A stretch of DNA of 64,000 nt from Verrucomicrobiota bacterium (GTDB lineage Bacteria; Verrucomicrobiota; Verrucomicrobiia; Limisphaerales; UBA1096): NCBI GenBank assembly GCA_036166355.1, contig JAYZHR010000137.1, forward strand, positions 47 through 64,046, written 5' to 3'. This document shows, one piece after another, positions 19,077 to 27,437 of the stretch; within the stretch, counting starts at the first letter, position 1; the number at the start of each line of letters is the position of its first letter. Both the position numbers and the translations under genes were made by a program. The notes below the pieces were generated by a model. The model ran no database searches. It was given only the letters and a program-made list of their open reading frames with translations, and was not told the origin of the DNA.

Positions 19077-20201
19077 ATGAATAATACAAATGATCATAAT
19101 CGTTTAGTTTCTTTGGATGCATTAAGAGGTTTTACGATGTTCTGGATAATTGGTGGCGGGGCGTTAGCTGCTGCATTAAGCAAACTAAGTTCAAATTCTT
19201 TAATTCAAACTATTGCGAATCAGTTGGAGCATGTAGAATGGGAAGGATTTAGGTTTTACGATTTAATTTTCCCAATGTTTGTTTTTATTGTCGGAGTGTC
19301 TACAGCTTTTTCGATTCCCAGATCGATAGATGAAAGAGGCAAAAAAAATACAATTAAGAAAATTATAATAAGAGCCTTGTCTCTATATCTAATTGGTCTT
19401 TTGTATTACGGATGGGATCCCAAAGGAGACGGTGGTGAACAATTGCGTTATGTTGGAGTTCTTCAGAGAATTGCGATTTGTTATTTAGCTGGTGGGTTAT
19501 TATTTTGTTTTTTGAAATTAAGAGGTTTGTTGATCACTGTATTTCTGTTGTTAATAGGTTATTGGGCCCTTATGAGTTTCGTGCCTACACCCGGCTTGGA
19601 TAAGGTTACTTTTGAAGAGGGAAAAAATCTGGCTAATTGGTTTGATAGTCAGTATTTGCCAGGAACCAAATGGTCTGGTCCCTATGATCCGGAGGGTGCT
19701 TTAAGTACATTTCCAGCTATAGCTTCATGTTTACTTGGGGTTTTAGTTGGTATTCTGTTTAAAGATGAGAAGAAAAGCCCTGCCGAGAAGATGAAATTAA
19801 TTTTCTCTCTTGGCATTTTACTCATAATTGTGGGGAGTCTTTGGTCGCTGCAATTTCCTGTAATTAAAAAATTATGGACGAGCTCTTATGTTCTTATAGC
19901 TGGAGGATGTAGCATGGTACTTCTGGGTATCTTTTATTATTTGATTGATGTGAAAAAATGGAGAAATTGGTCTAATGCTTTTGTGTGGATTGGCATGAAT
20001 TCAATAACAATTTATATAGCCAGCGCATTTGTTGATTTTGATAAAATATCAACAAATATTATTGGGGTGCCTGTTGAGAAGTTTATCGATGGTTATACTA
20101 TTGAGCACATGGGGAATCTTGTTGCTTCAATAGTAAGTCTTTCACTCGCGGTGCTTTTTTGCAGATTTTTGTATAAGAAAAAGATTTTCCTGCGTTTGTG
20201 A
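19077..20201 (+). CDS. DUF5009/DUF1624 acyltransferase-like membrane protein (heparan-alpha-glucosaminide N-acetyltransferase-like)
   Basis: The N-terminal R..SLDALRGFTMFWIIGG motif, about 10 TM helices and the GVLQRIAICY motif are typical of the HGSNAT-like family. Confidence 0.7.
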   Translation: MNNTNDHNRLVSLDALRGFTMFWIIGGGALAAALSKLSSNSLIQTIANQLEHVEWEGFRFYDLIFPMFVFIVGVSTAFSIPRSIDERGKKNTIKKIIIRALSLYLIGLLYYGWDPKGDGGEQLRYVGVLQRIAICYLAGGLLFCFLKLRGLLITVFLLLIGYWALMSFVPTPGLDKVTFEEGKNLANWFDSQYLPGTKWSGPYDPEGALSTFPAIASCLLGVLVGILFKDEKKSPAEKMKLIFSLGILLIIVGSLWSLQFPVIKKLWTSSYVLIAGGCSMVLLGIFYYLIDVKKWRNWSNAFVWIGMNSITIYIASAFVDFDKISTNIIGVPVEKFIDGYTIEHMGNLVASIVSLSLAVLFCRFLYKKKIFLRL

Positions 20202-20302
20202 ATATTGAATAGAACGTTCACTGAGAATAATAGATCTCCTCATATTGGTTTTTCCTCTTTGAACCTTTACCGATACAAGGCAGTCCTCTAGTCAGTTTCG
20301 TT

Positions 20303-21064
20303 TTAACGACGTATCCAACGAGTCGCCATTGCTACGCTCCATTGGTATTTCCGAGCGTGTTCCCGTATAAGAAAAGGGATATCCCATTTCCCATGTAGTT
20401 CGAATGAAGGGCAGAGTATTTCTTTAAGTCTATCGAGAGTCTGACTTGATTGATCACCTATTATGCTTCCGCCGAGCCATTCTTCTTTTGGGGTGTAATC
20501 TTCCATCCATGTGCAAGGGGAGGCGATTATGAGTTGTCCTTCAGAGTAAATTAAGTCGGCTAGTTGATTCAGGCATTTCTTCGGGCACGGCAATCGGTCG
20601 ATTAGGTTTGCCATTAAAACAATGTTAAATTTACCTAGATCATTGCGTAAAAACATGGCGTCACCTTGTTCAAAGCTAACTCGAGAACGATCGATTTCGG
20701 TTGGCACTCTGGCAATAGCTACTTGTTCAACTTCACCTTCGATTATAAACGAATAGTCGATTTGTCCATGTTGTTGTAGTTCTCTAGCGGTAGTAATGAA
20801 GCTATCAGAAAGGTCAATGCCAATGGACTGTTTGCAATATCGCGCTAATTCGAAGGTGGAACGACCAACAGCACAACCGAGGTCGAGAGCTCGAGCATTG
20901 TTTGGTATATTTTCTGTATCAATACATTCAGTAATGCATCGCATCGGATAGTTAAGTGCATTAGATGGACCGAATTCCCACGGCAGAACTTCGTCTGGTT
21001 TGCCGTAATGGAATAACAAGTATTCAGATAAAGCTTTTTCGGTTTCGTAAAAATCAGCGTGCAT
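20303..21064 (-). CDS. class I SAM-dependent methyltransferase, resembling the OvoA C-terminal (putative 4-mercaptohistidine N1-methyltransferase) family
   Basis: The N-terminal YETEKALSEYLLFHYG and the SAM motif LDLGCAVGRSTFELA match my memory of the standalone OvoA-Cterm family. The methyltransferase fold is certain but the substrate is not. The start overlaps the upstream stop as TAATG. Confidence 0.6.
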   Translation of the reverse strand: MHADFYETEKALSEYLLFHYGKPDEVLPWEFGPSNALNYPMRCITECIDTENIPNNARALDLGCAVGRSTFELARYCKQSIGIDLSDSFITTARELQQHGQIDYSFIIEGEVEQVAIARVPTEIDRSRVSFEQGDAMFLRNDLGKFNIVLMANLIDRLPCPKKCLNQLADLIYSEGQLIIASPCTWMEDYTPKEEWLGGSIIGDQSSQTLDRLKEILCPSFELHGKWDIPFLIREHARKYQWSVAMATRWIRR

Positions 21065-24063
21065 TAGATGGATTTGATATAGGCCAGCAAGTCGGCAAGT
21101 TGTTCCGGTGTTAGACCTGCGACGAGTCCAGGAGGCATTGATGAGGCCGGGATTTTTTCGCGTTTTGTGATTTGTTTGATTTGGAGTCTTGAAGCTACAC
21201 CGGCAGCATTTCGAATACTAATAGTATCCGCACTCTCTGATGTGACGAAACCTAGATGAACTGACTTGTCACTTAATATGAATGAGTATGTGTCAAAGCC
21301 TTGGGCAACCACAGCATTTGGGTTAAGTATGGACTGAATAATTTCAGAAGTTTTGTACCGTTTGCTGATGTCAGCCAAGTGTGGACCTTTAGGGTTTTGC
21401 CCATTGGTGGTGGTGTGACAGATGGCGCATCCTTGGCTGGTGAATAGTTTTTCCCCTCTCTTTACATTGCCTTTGGTTTTGGCAATTCGTTCAATGGTTG
21501 CTTTTTCGCCAATGGTTGAAATCCAATTTTTAGGGTCACCGGTAGGCCGAGGTATACGAATGGGGTCATTATTAATTTCTTCTTTAGATAAAGATTGTCC
21601 TTTAGGTAGTCCAATAATATTTACCTTGTGTTTGGTTAAGATTTTCTGAACCGAATTGACCATTTCTTTTGGTGCTCGGTTAAGAGAGTCCCTTAGTCCA
21701 GATTCTATTTTGTCACTAGCTTTCCATTTGACACGGTCAAAGTAAGGGCCACTGGTGTCTGGTCGAGTGCCCCACCAGCCTTCATTATAATCTCCTTCTC
21801 GGTGGTAAAGCCGTATCAGTGTTGCGAAGATTTCCAAGTCTGGTTTAGTTTTTATACGGCTAACGAGTTGATCTACAACGGTATCGTCGTGAATATATTT
21901 TAATACACTCAATGAGGTGGATTTCAGGCGGGTGTCTAACGCAGATAACAATGTGTCTATTGGTTTTAGTGCGACGAGTGCGCGGATAGCCAAGTGAGGG
22001 ATAATAGCAGATGAGTTGGGTTGGTTTTGTAGAGGTTGCTTAACCAATTGAGAGGAAGTGGCATGCGGTAGAATGTCTTTTGAAGCTGAGATATCGCCAA
22101 GGCGGCCTAAACTAATCAGTGCTTGTGCGCGGACGCGCAGATTATTGCTGCCTAGTGAATGGACAAAGGGTTCTGAGTTGAGATTATCCAGTTCGCTTTG
22201 GCGATCTGTAAGGGCACGCAAGGCAAATTCTGTAATCTTGGTCTGCTTACTGAGCTTAATTAAATTTGTTTTAGCTTCAATACCATCAAGTTGTTTGAGC
22301 GTAAAGATAGCTGCTACTCGACCTGTCAGTGGGTTGTTTTCATTAGAGGCAATATTTACAAGAGCAGTAGTGCGTTCTGGATTTCGCCCTCTACGGAGTA
22401 TTTCACGTTGAGCGTGTAGATTCTGAACTTGGCTGGGCCCCAAAAGCAATTGATTAAGATCTGAATCATCTAGTTGGGTTACATCTGGGAAAGGTTTGGG
22501 TCTGAAATTTTCAGGTACTATTTGGACGATGTAGCCGACATTTGGATGGCTATAGCTGAACCCTCCTCCTTGCCAACTTGACACATACATTCTACCACTG
22601 CCATCAACATCAATATCGGTAGGTCGATTAATAGCGAGGAATGTTTGTTGATGAGCATTAAAGGTGGCTCCGTTTGGGGTGGGATTATGGAGAAATACTG
22701 CGCTACGCCCCCAGTCACATGTATAAACAGCGTGATTAAACGGTTCTGGCCAACGTTTGTCGTGGTAGAACATCCCGCCACATCCTGACCCTCCTCCATA
22801 ATCGGCAAGCGTTGGCATAATTTCATCAGGAAAGTTTTTGTACCAAGACGGGTAGCCATATTCGCCTGTTTGAATGATGTGCGAAAACCGTATATCCCAT
22901 CCGCCTCCGTCATTTGTATTGTCTCGAGTGAAAATATTTAGGTAAGGGTCAATGCATGCATCGAGAATATTGCGCTGACCCCAGTTGTAAATTTCCATTT
23001 CGGCCCCATTGGGACGCACCCTCACAATGCCTCCACCTCTTCGGCTAAGTGTGCGACCATCTGCTCCGACCGCTTTGGTAAATCCGAAATCACCAACTGC
23101 AATGTAAATCCAACCGTCAATTCCCATTCGAATGCCGTTAGTGGTGTGATCAGCACCGCGCTTAGAAACGTAATCGGTGCTGATTCCACTAATCAATCGA
23201 TTTTCCTTATCAGCAACACCATCTCGGTCTGTGTCCTCGTAAAGTGTTAAGTATGGGGGATGTAGAACCCAAAGTTTTCCGTTGTCATAGATTAATCCAC
23301 GAGGATGGTCCATCTTGGCAAATGTTTTGATTTGATCAGCTTTTCCATCCCCATCTGTGTCGAGGCAGCGAACCACCCGTCCGCGCCCCTTTTTCTTTCC
23401 AAGAGAACCCTGTTCATCGATTCCAACAAATAATTCGCCGGTAGAAGCTGCCGTCAGGCAGACTGGATAATTGACCAAGGGCGGTTTTGCGAAAACAGTG
23501 AGGTTAAAGCCTTCAGGTGCAGTAACTCGAGGCTCGTTAGTTTTCGGTGTTGCATTTGTAGATTTTTGTGAAGCTTTTACCACCTTCCGAGGGAGATTTG
23601 GAAGATCTCCTGTGTAAGCTTCAAATTCCCATAGACTTCCCCAGTAGGCTGGCTTAGCACCAAGATAGGTGATTTTAAAATAACGGGTATTTTTTGCGTC
23701 AACCTTGTGGGGCGTTATCTGTCGTACATCCTTGTTATTGGACTGGTCGATGAGCAGTTTCCATTTTTTTAAATCTGCAGAGCCTTCAATTTTGTACTGG
23801 TATGCACCATTGGTTTTCTCCCAGATAATACGGATGTTTTGAATATCTTGTGATTCGCCAAGGTCTACCTGTAGCCAGGATCCGGGAGCACTGTTTGCAG
23901 CACACCAGCGTGTAGTTGGATTGCCGTCGGTTGCGTGTTTCGCTAGGTTACCCTTGTTAGTTTCCTCTGAGCTTGCTGTTACCTTTTTGTTAGAAGCAGC
24001 ATTTTTAGGAAAGCTAATTTTAGCATTTATATTTTTTTTTTTGCTGATGTAGCCTTGGGCTTG
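21064..24063 (-). CDS. PVC-type heme-binding CxxCH protein (F5/8 type C discoidin domain, beta-propeller dehydrogenase-like domain, HEAT repeats, cytochrome c). The 5' 480 nt have no start codon, so it is probably frameshift-joined to the ThuA ORF upstream.
   Basis: The listed ORF 21064..23583 (GTG) contains LDTDGDGKADQ/DTDRDGVADK propeller motifs, HEAT-like repeats and CAICH near the C-terminus. The same frame stays open to 24063 and encodes a discoidin domain (NLAKHATDGNPTTRWCAANSAPGSWLQVDLG...RYFKITYLG...WGSLWEFEAY) without any ATG/GTG/TTG. Confidence 0.8.
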   Translation of the reverse strand, partial: QAQGYISKKKNINAKISFPKNAASNKKVTASSEETNKGNLAKHATDGNPTTRWCAANSAPGSWLQVDLGESQDIQNIRIIWEKTNGAYQYKIEGSADLKKWKLLIDQSNNKDVRQITPHKVDAKNTRYFKITYLGAKPAYWGSLWEFEAYTGDLPNLPRKVVKASQKSTNATPKTNEPRVTAPEGFNLTVFAKPPLVNYPVCLTAASTGELFVGIDEQGSLGKKKGRGRVVRCLDTDGDGKADQIKTFAKMDHPRGLIYDNGKLWVLHPPYLTLYEDTDRDGVADKENRLISGISTDYVSKRGADHTTNGIRMGIDGWIYIAVGDFGFTKAVGADGRTLSRRGGGIVRVRPNGAEMEIYNWGQRNILDACIDPYLNIFTRDNTNDGGGWDIRFSHIIQTGEYGYPSWYKNFPDEIMPTLADYGGGSGCGGMFYHDKRWPEPFNHAVYTCDWGRSAVFLHNPTPNGATFNAHQQTFLAINRPTDIDVDGSGRMYVSSWQGGGFSYSHPNVGYIVQIVPENFRPKPFPDVTQLDDSDLNQLLLGPSQVQNLHAQREILRRGRNPERTTALVNIASNENNPLTGRVAAIFTLKQLDGIEAKTNLIKLSKQTKITEFALRALTDRQSELDNLNSEPFVHSLGSNNLRVRAQALISLGRLGDISASKDILPHATSSQLVKQPLQNQPNSSAIIPHLAIRALVALKPIDTLLSALDTRLKSTSLSVLKYIHDDTVVDQLVSRIKTKPDLEIFATLIRLYHREGDYNEGWWGTRPDTSGPYFDRVKWKASDKIESGLRDSLNRAPKEMVNSVQKILTKHKVNIIGLPKGQSLSKEEINNDPIRIPRPTGDPKNWISTIGEKATIERIAKTKGNVKRGEKLFTSQGCAICHTTTNGQNPKGPHLADISKRYKTSEIIQSILNPNAVVAQGFDTYSFILSDKSVHLGFVTSESADTISIRNAAGVASRLQIKQITKREKIPASSMPPGLVAGLTPEQLADLLAYIKSI

Positions 24064-24866
24064 CTATTCAGATCAAACGATTCGTTTTTTGGCATGACTA
24101 CCTTCATGTCCTCACGTTCTACCGCCCAAAGTAAGCCTCTTGCGACAAGGTTAAGATAACGAGGATCAGCTACGGTTACGTTATTATGTCCAATCGAAGT
24201 ACTGAAAACTCGAGTGCCATCGAAGTCATTCGTCCAAGCAACAACAGCCTTACGATTACCCTGAATGCCTCGGGCTACAATCTTAGCTTTAGGAAATACT
24301 GCTATGTTGTTGTATAGCTCCTCTCGTTGAGTAGTCCAGTTTTCAAGGCCTTTAGTAATGAATGGAACGTTATTCTCGAATTTAATTTCTATCGGTTGTT
24401 GTGGTCCATGGCCGGTAGATTGTAGTCCAATATACTCAAACCACTTGGCGTTGGCTGCCCCCAACTTTACTGGTTTTCGATAATCTCCAAACCGGTAAGA
24501 GTGCATAGCGCAATGAAGGTTCACGCCTGGAATACCCTTTAGGTGTGGAGCTATAACTCCGGCGATAATTTCAGGGTTTTTCATGTCTGCCGCACATTCA
24601 TCATGAATAACAACATCATAACCCTTAGCGTAATTTGGTTTACCGAAGATCGGAAGAGGCGGGTTAGTGCTTTTGTCATCCGAATGTGCGTGATCGATAA
24701 TAATATTTAAACGACGTTCAAGGCCTTGCTTAAGAATATCTTTTTGTTTGGCATAGTCGTGGCAACAGCCGCCGGTAACCAGTAAGGCACGTAGCGGCTT
24801 GTCTGCTGCTTGGATGTTCCAGGCCATCAAGATGGTCAATGTTATAATAAAATTTAGTATTCGCAT
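24027..24866 (-). CDS. ThuA-like (trehalose-utilisation, class I glutamine-amidotransferase-like fold) secreted protein, possibly the N-terminal module of the downstream cytochrome c protein
   Basis: Signal peptide MRILNFIITLTILMAWNIQA, then ALLVTGGCCHDY, HCAMHSY and GLLWAVE, which are typical of ThuA domains. It terminates right after an A11 run. Confidence 0.8.
   Translation of the reverse strand: MRILNFIITLTILMAWNIQAADKPLRALLVTGGCCHDYAKQKDILKQGLERRLNIIIDHAHSDDKSTNPPLPIFGKPNYAKGYDVVIHDECAADMKNPEIIAGVIAPHLKGIPGVNLHCAMHSYRFGDYRKPVKLGAANAKWFEYIGLQSTGHGPQQPIEIKFENNVPFITKGLENWTTQREELYNNIAVFPKAKIVARGIQGNRKAVVAWTNDFDGTRVFSTSIGHNNVTVADPRYLNLVARGLLWAVEREDMKVVMPKNESFDLNSKPKATSAKKKI
24032..24042 (-). 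repeat. A11 homopolymer (T11 on the plus strand) at the ThuA/discoidin frame junction; candidate slippery site
   Basis: Read directly: plus strand a-ttttttttttt-g at 24031-24043. On the minus strand this is GCA AAA AAA AAA ATA TAA in the ThuA frame. Confidence 0.95.
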
Positions 24867-24877
24867 GCTTGTAAGTA

Positions 24878-26029
24878 TTATAGGTCAGAATTGTTCAGCG
24901 CATCAAGAAGGTGCGCGGTTGGTTGATAGTTTTCAAGAACAACTATTGTTTTTCCGTCACGCTGCATTCGCACTTCGCTAACTGTAATATCAGGTGTTTT
25001 GCTGGGTGAAAATAAAATGTCATCGTGAGTAGCATTTGTTGGTGTGACAAATTTATCTGGAGTAAGTGTTCCTCCAAGATGATCACTGCGGCCTGTGGCT
25101 ACGTGTATCGTGCCTAGAATTTTTTCATCTTGAATATCCCGGCCAGAGACCGGCAAGTCTTGTGTTCCAAAGCCAAGCTCACCTATTTCTCCAGTTACCG
25201 GATCGCTTTTGAGTTTCTTATTGTGGTCATCAATAGTGGATTGTTCGCCACGTATCAAAGTTGCAGTGATGATTTTTCCTGACTCAACAGTTTGTAGGCC
25301 AAGTGTTCCATCTGCATATTGCATAATGAACTCTCCTTCGCCGCCAGTGGGAACAAAGTAGACTTCACCGGCTGGAAGGTTTGCTACGTCTGGTTCATTC
25401 TCTAGGCAAATTCCGTGGCTTTTTTGTGCATCCTGCTGGCTGCATTCTAGTTTCAGTGTGTGTGTTTCATCCTCGAGTTGGAAATCGATTTCAAAATAAT
25501 CCGCATGAGTAAGGGCTAAACGCAGTTTTTCTGCATCCCTACTGACTTCGTTGTAATCTACTGCCAAGCCGCTATTGAGAATAATGTCGTTTACACCATG
25601 CAATGTGGCGCCCCTGAAGCCGAATTGTTTTGCGAAAGCTGTCAATGGAGCTGTGGCTGAGTATGTCGATATACACAGGATGATATTATAATTGGGATAT
25701 ACATGCTTATTGAGGCTTAATTCCGATCCGTCAGGGGACATTACTATATCTGGCAGATCTAGATTGCTGCCACCGGTTTCTTCGTAAGCAAAAAAATCTC
25801 CGCCAGATAGTTGTAGTTCAGTCATGACATTGTCATGAAGTGCTTGGTGAAAAGATTCATGTGCATGTTTTTGGATAGAGAACTGTTTATTTTCAAGAAA
25901 TGCCCAATCTTTGACTAAAAGGATATCGGGAAGATCAATTAAAATACATATGCGCTCACCTTTTCTCGGATGAAATGTGTTTCGCAAAAGTCGTGATAAA
26001 CTAAACGAGGGGAATTCCCTTTGGCTCAT
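24878..26029 (-). CDS. M29 aminopeptidase-fold (AmpS/aminopeptidase T/NicX-like) metalloenzyme
   Basis: NLPAGEVYFVP, and ILGTIHVATGRSDHLGG...NATHDDILF, resemble the conserved metal-binding segments of peptidase family M29. Confidence 0.5.
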   Translation of the reverse strand: MSQREFPSFSLSRLLRNTFHPRKGERICILIDLPDILLVKDWAFLENKQFSIQKHAHESFHQALHDNVMTELQLSGGDFFAYEETGGSNLDLPDIVMSPDGSELSLNKHVYPNYNIILCISTYSATAPLTAFAKQFGFRGATLHGVNDIILNSGLAVDYNEVSRDAEKLRLALTHADYFEIDFQLEDETHTLKLECSQQDAQKSHGICLENEPDVANLPAGEVYFVPTGGEGEFIMQYADGTLGLQTVESGKIITATLIRGEQSTIDDHNKKLKSDPVTGEIGELGFGTQDLPVSGRDIQDEKILGTIHVATGRSDHLGGTLTPDKFVTPTNATHDDILFSPSKTPDITVSEVRMQRDGKTIVVLENYQPTAHLLDALNNSDL

Positions 26030-26064
26030 TATGTGTTGGATGATTGAGGGTATTTAAATGGTTA

Positions 26065-26976
26065 CTATTTTCGTTTGTTTTTTGGATCGAGATTTTGCTT
26101 CAGTTCTTCGGTAGTAACAGTTGATTCAAAACCGTTTTTTGGAACCTTTGCTTTAGCAATCCATAAAAGCCCATTTAGTACTGCTTTGCGAAAATTGTCA
26201 TTCCCCCAGTTCAAGTGTTTATGTCCTCCCGTGAATCCGAATCCTCGACCTCCATTTTTACGGACGTATGACCACATCATTGTTTCTGCACGGCCCTTAT
26301 TGGTTTGTATGTGCTTGTATGGGCCTTTTGGCCAGACGTAAGGGCCATTTCGAACCTTATCGCTTGGAGTGGCAACTAGGAGTGGAGTGATTTTACCTAC
26401 ACCATCGTTTCGAAAGCGCATGTTGAAGTACCATTCGTCAACTATCTTAAATGGTTTAATACCACGAGTTATCGGATGATCGGGGAATTTTTTAAAATCA
26501 GGTGCCCACATAGGATTTACAGAAAATGCGTGTTCGTAATAGCCCCCGATCCAGTTTTGCAGGTGTTGCCCAGGATCGCCTTTAGGTACTTCGACGCCGT
26601 AATGAGCGCAGCCAATACCTACTCCTTTATTGGCTAGGCTGTCTATCAGCTTGGCCCGACTTTTCTGGATGGCAGGATGTCCACCACCTCCATCGGCATA
26701 AATTAAAACTGCATCTATCCCATCAAAAGCAGAGTCGCTTTTAGGCCAACCGAAATCGTGCACTTCTGCTTGTATGTTTTTCGCCTTGTTAAGGCATTTT
26801 TTGAGCAGCAAGGAGCCTGCTCGGAATTCATGGTCTCCTGGGCCGTGGCTTGGTTTTCCTGCTATTAGGAGGATTTTTTTATTGGCGGCATCACCGCCTC
26901 CGAGACTGCCTATTATTAGAGCTATAATTAAAAGTACTTTCTTCCCAGCATTGTGCATGGAGAGAGAGAAAGCCAT
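26065..26976 (-). CDS. ThuA-like domain protein, secreted
   Basis: Signal/anchor segment KKVLLIIALIIGSLGG, then KKILLIAGKPSHGPGDHEF, GIGCAHYG and LLWIAKAKVP, typical of the ThuA family. Confidence 0.75.
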   Translation of the reverse strand: MAFSLSMHNAGKKVLLIIALIIGSLGGGDAANKKILLIAGKPSHGPGDHEFRAGSLLLKKCLNKAKNIQAEVHDFGWPKSDSAFDGIDAVLIYADGGGGHPAIQKSRAKLIDSLANKGVGIGCAHYGVEVPKGDPGQHLQNWIGGYYEHAFSVNPMWAPDFKKFPDHPITRGIKPFKIVDEWYFNMRFRNDGVGKITPLLVATPSDKVRNGPYVWPKGPYKHIQTNKGRAETMMWSYVRKNGGRGFGFTGGHKHLNWGNDNFRKAVLNGLLWIAKAKVPKNGFESTVTTEELKQNLDPKNKRK

Positions 26977-27005
26977 TTTTTCGAAAAAATTAAGCTAAAA
27001 ATCTC

Positions 27006-27428
27006 TTGGCCAAGCAGGATAGTGCGAGTAGTTTCCCCGACCGGCTTAGCTGTTTTATAATGTTTTGGGGATTTCTCATACTTCTATTGGCGGGTGGTGT
27101 ATTTGGCGGATCAATGCTCTTTGATGTGCAGGAGGACTTTTTATCCAAAAGTTTTCTTGAAATGGGTGTTGGTGGGGCCATCGGAGTGGGTGTTGGTTTT
27201 GTTGTCTTTGTTTATGTGGCAGGGTTGGTTTATGGGATGTCCTCGCCTACTGGCAGAAAAGTGCTGATGGGGCTTGGAATATTTTTCGTATTGTTTGGAG
27301 TTTGCTGTATCATGTATTGGGATGAAGTTGTATCTCAAATGATGCCATTTCTCCCTTCAAAATGGCTTGGTCTACCTATCGCAGCTACTGGTGGGCTTAT
27401 GTGTAATTTGGGTTCTTTCAAGGAGTAG
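27006..27428 (+). CDS. integral membrane protein, unknown function
   Basis: 140-aa ORF with four hydrophobic helices (FIMFWGFLILLLAGGVFGG, GGAIGVGVGFVVFVYVAGLVYG, LMGLGIFFVLFGVCCIMY, LGLPIAATGGLMC). The TTG start is uncertain. Confidence 0.45.
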   Translation: MAKQDSASSFPDRLSCFIMFWGFLILLLAGGVFGGSMLFDVQEDFLSKSFLEMGVGGAIGVGVGFVVFVYVAGLVYGMSSPTGRKVLMGLGIFFVLFGVCCIMYWDEVVSQMMPFLPSKWLGLPIAATGGLMCNLGSFKE

Positions 27429-27437
27429 CTGTTCCTC

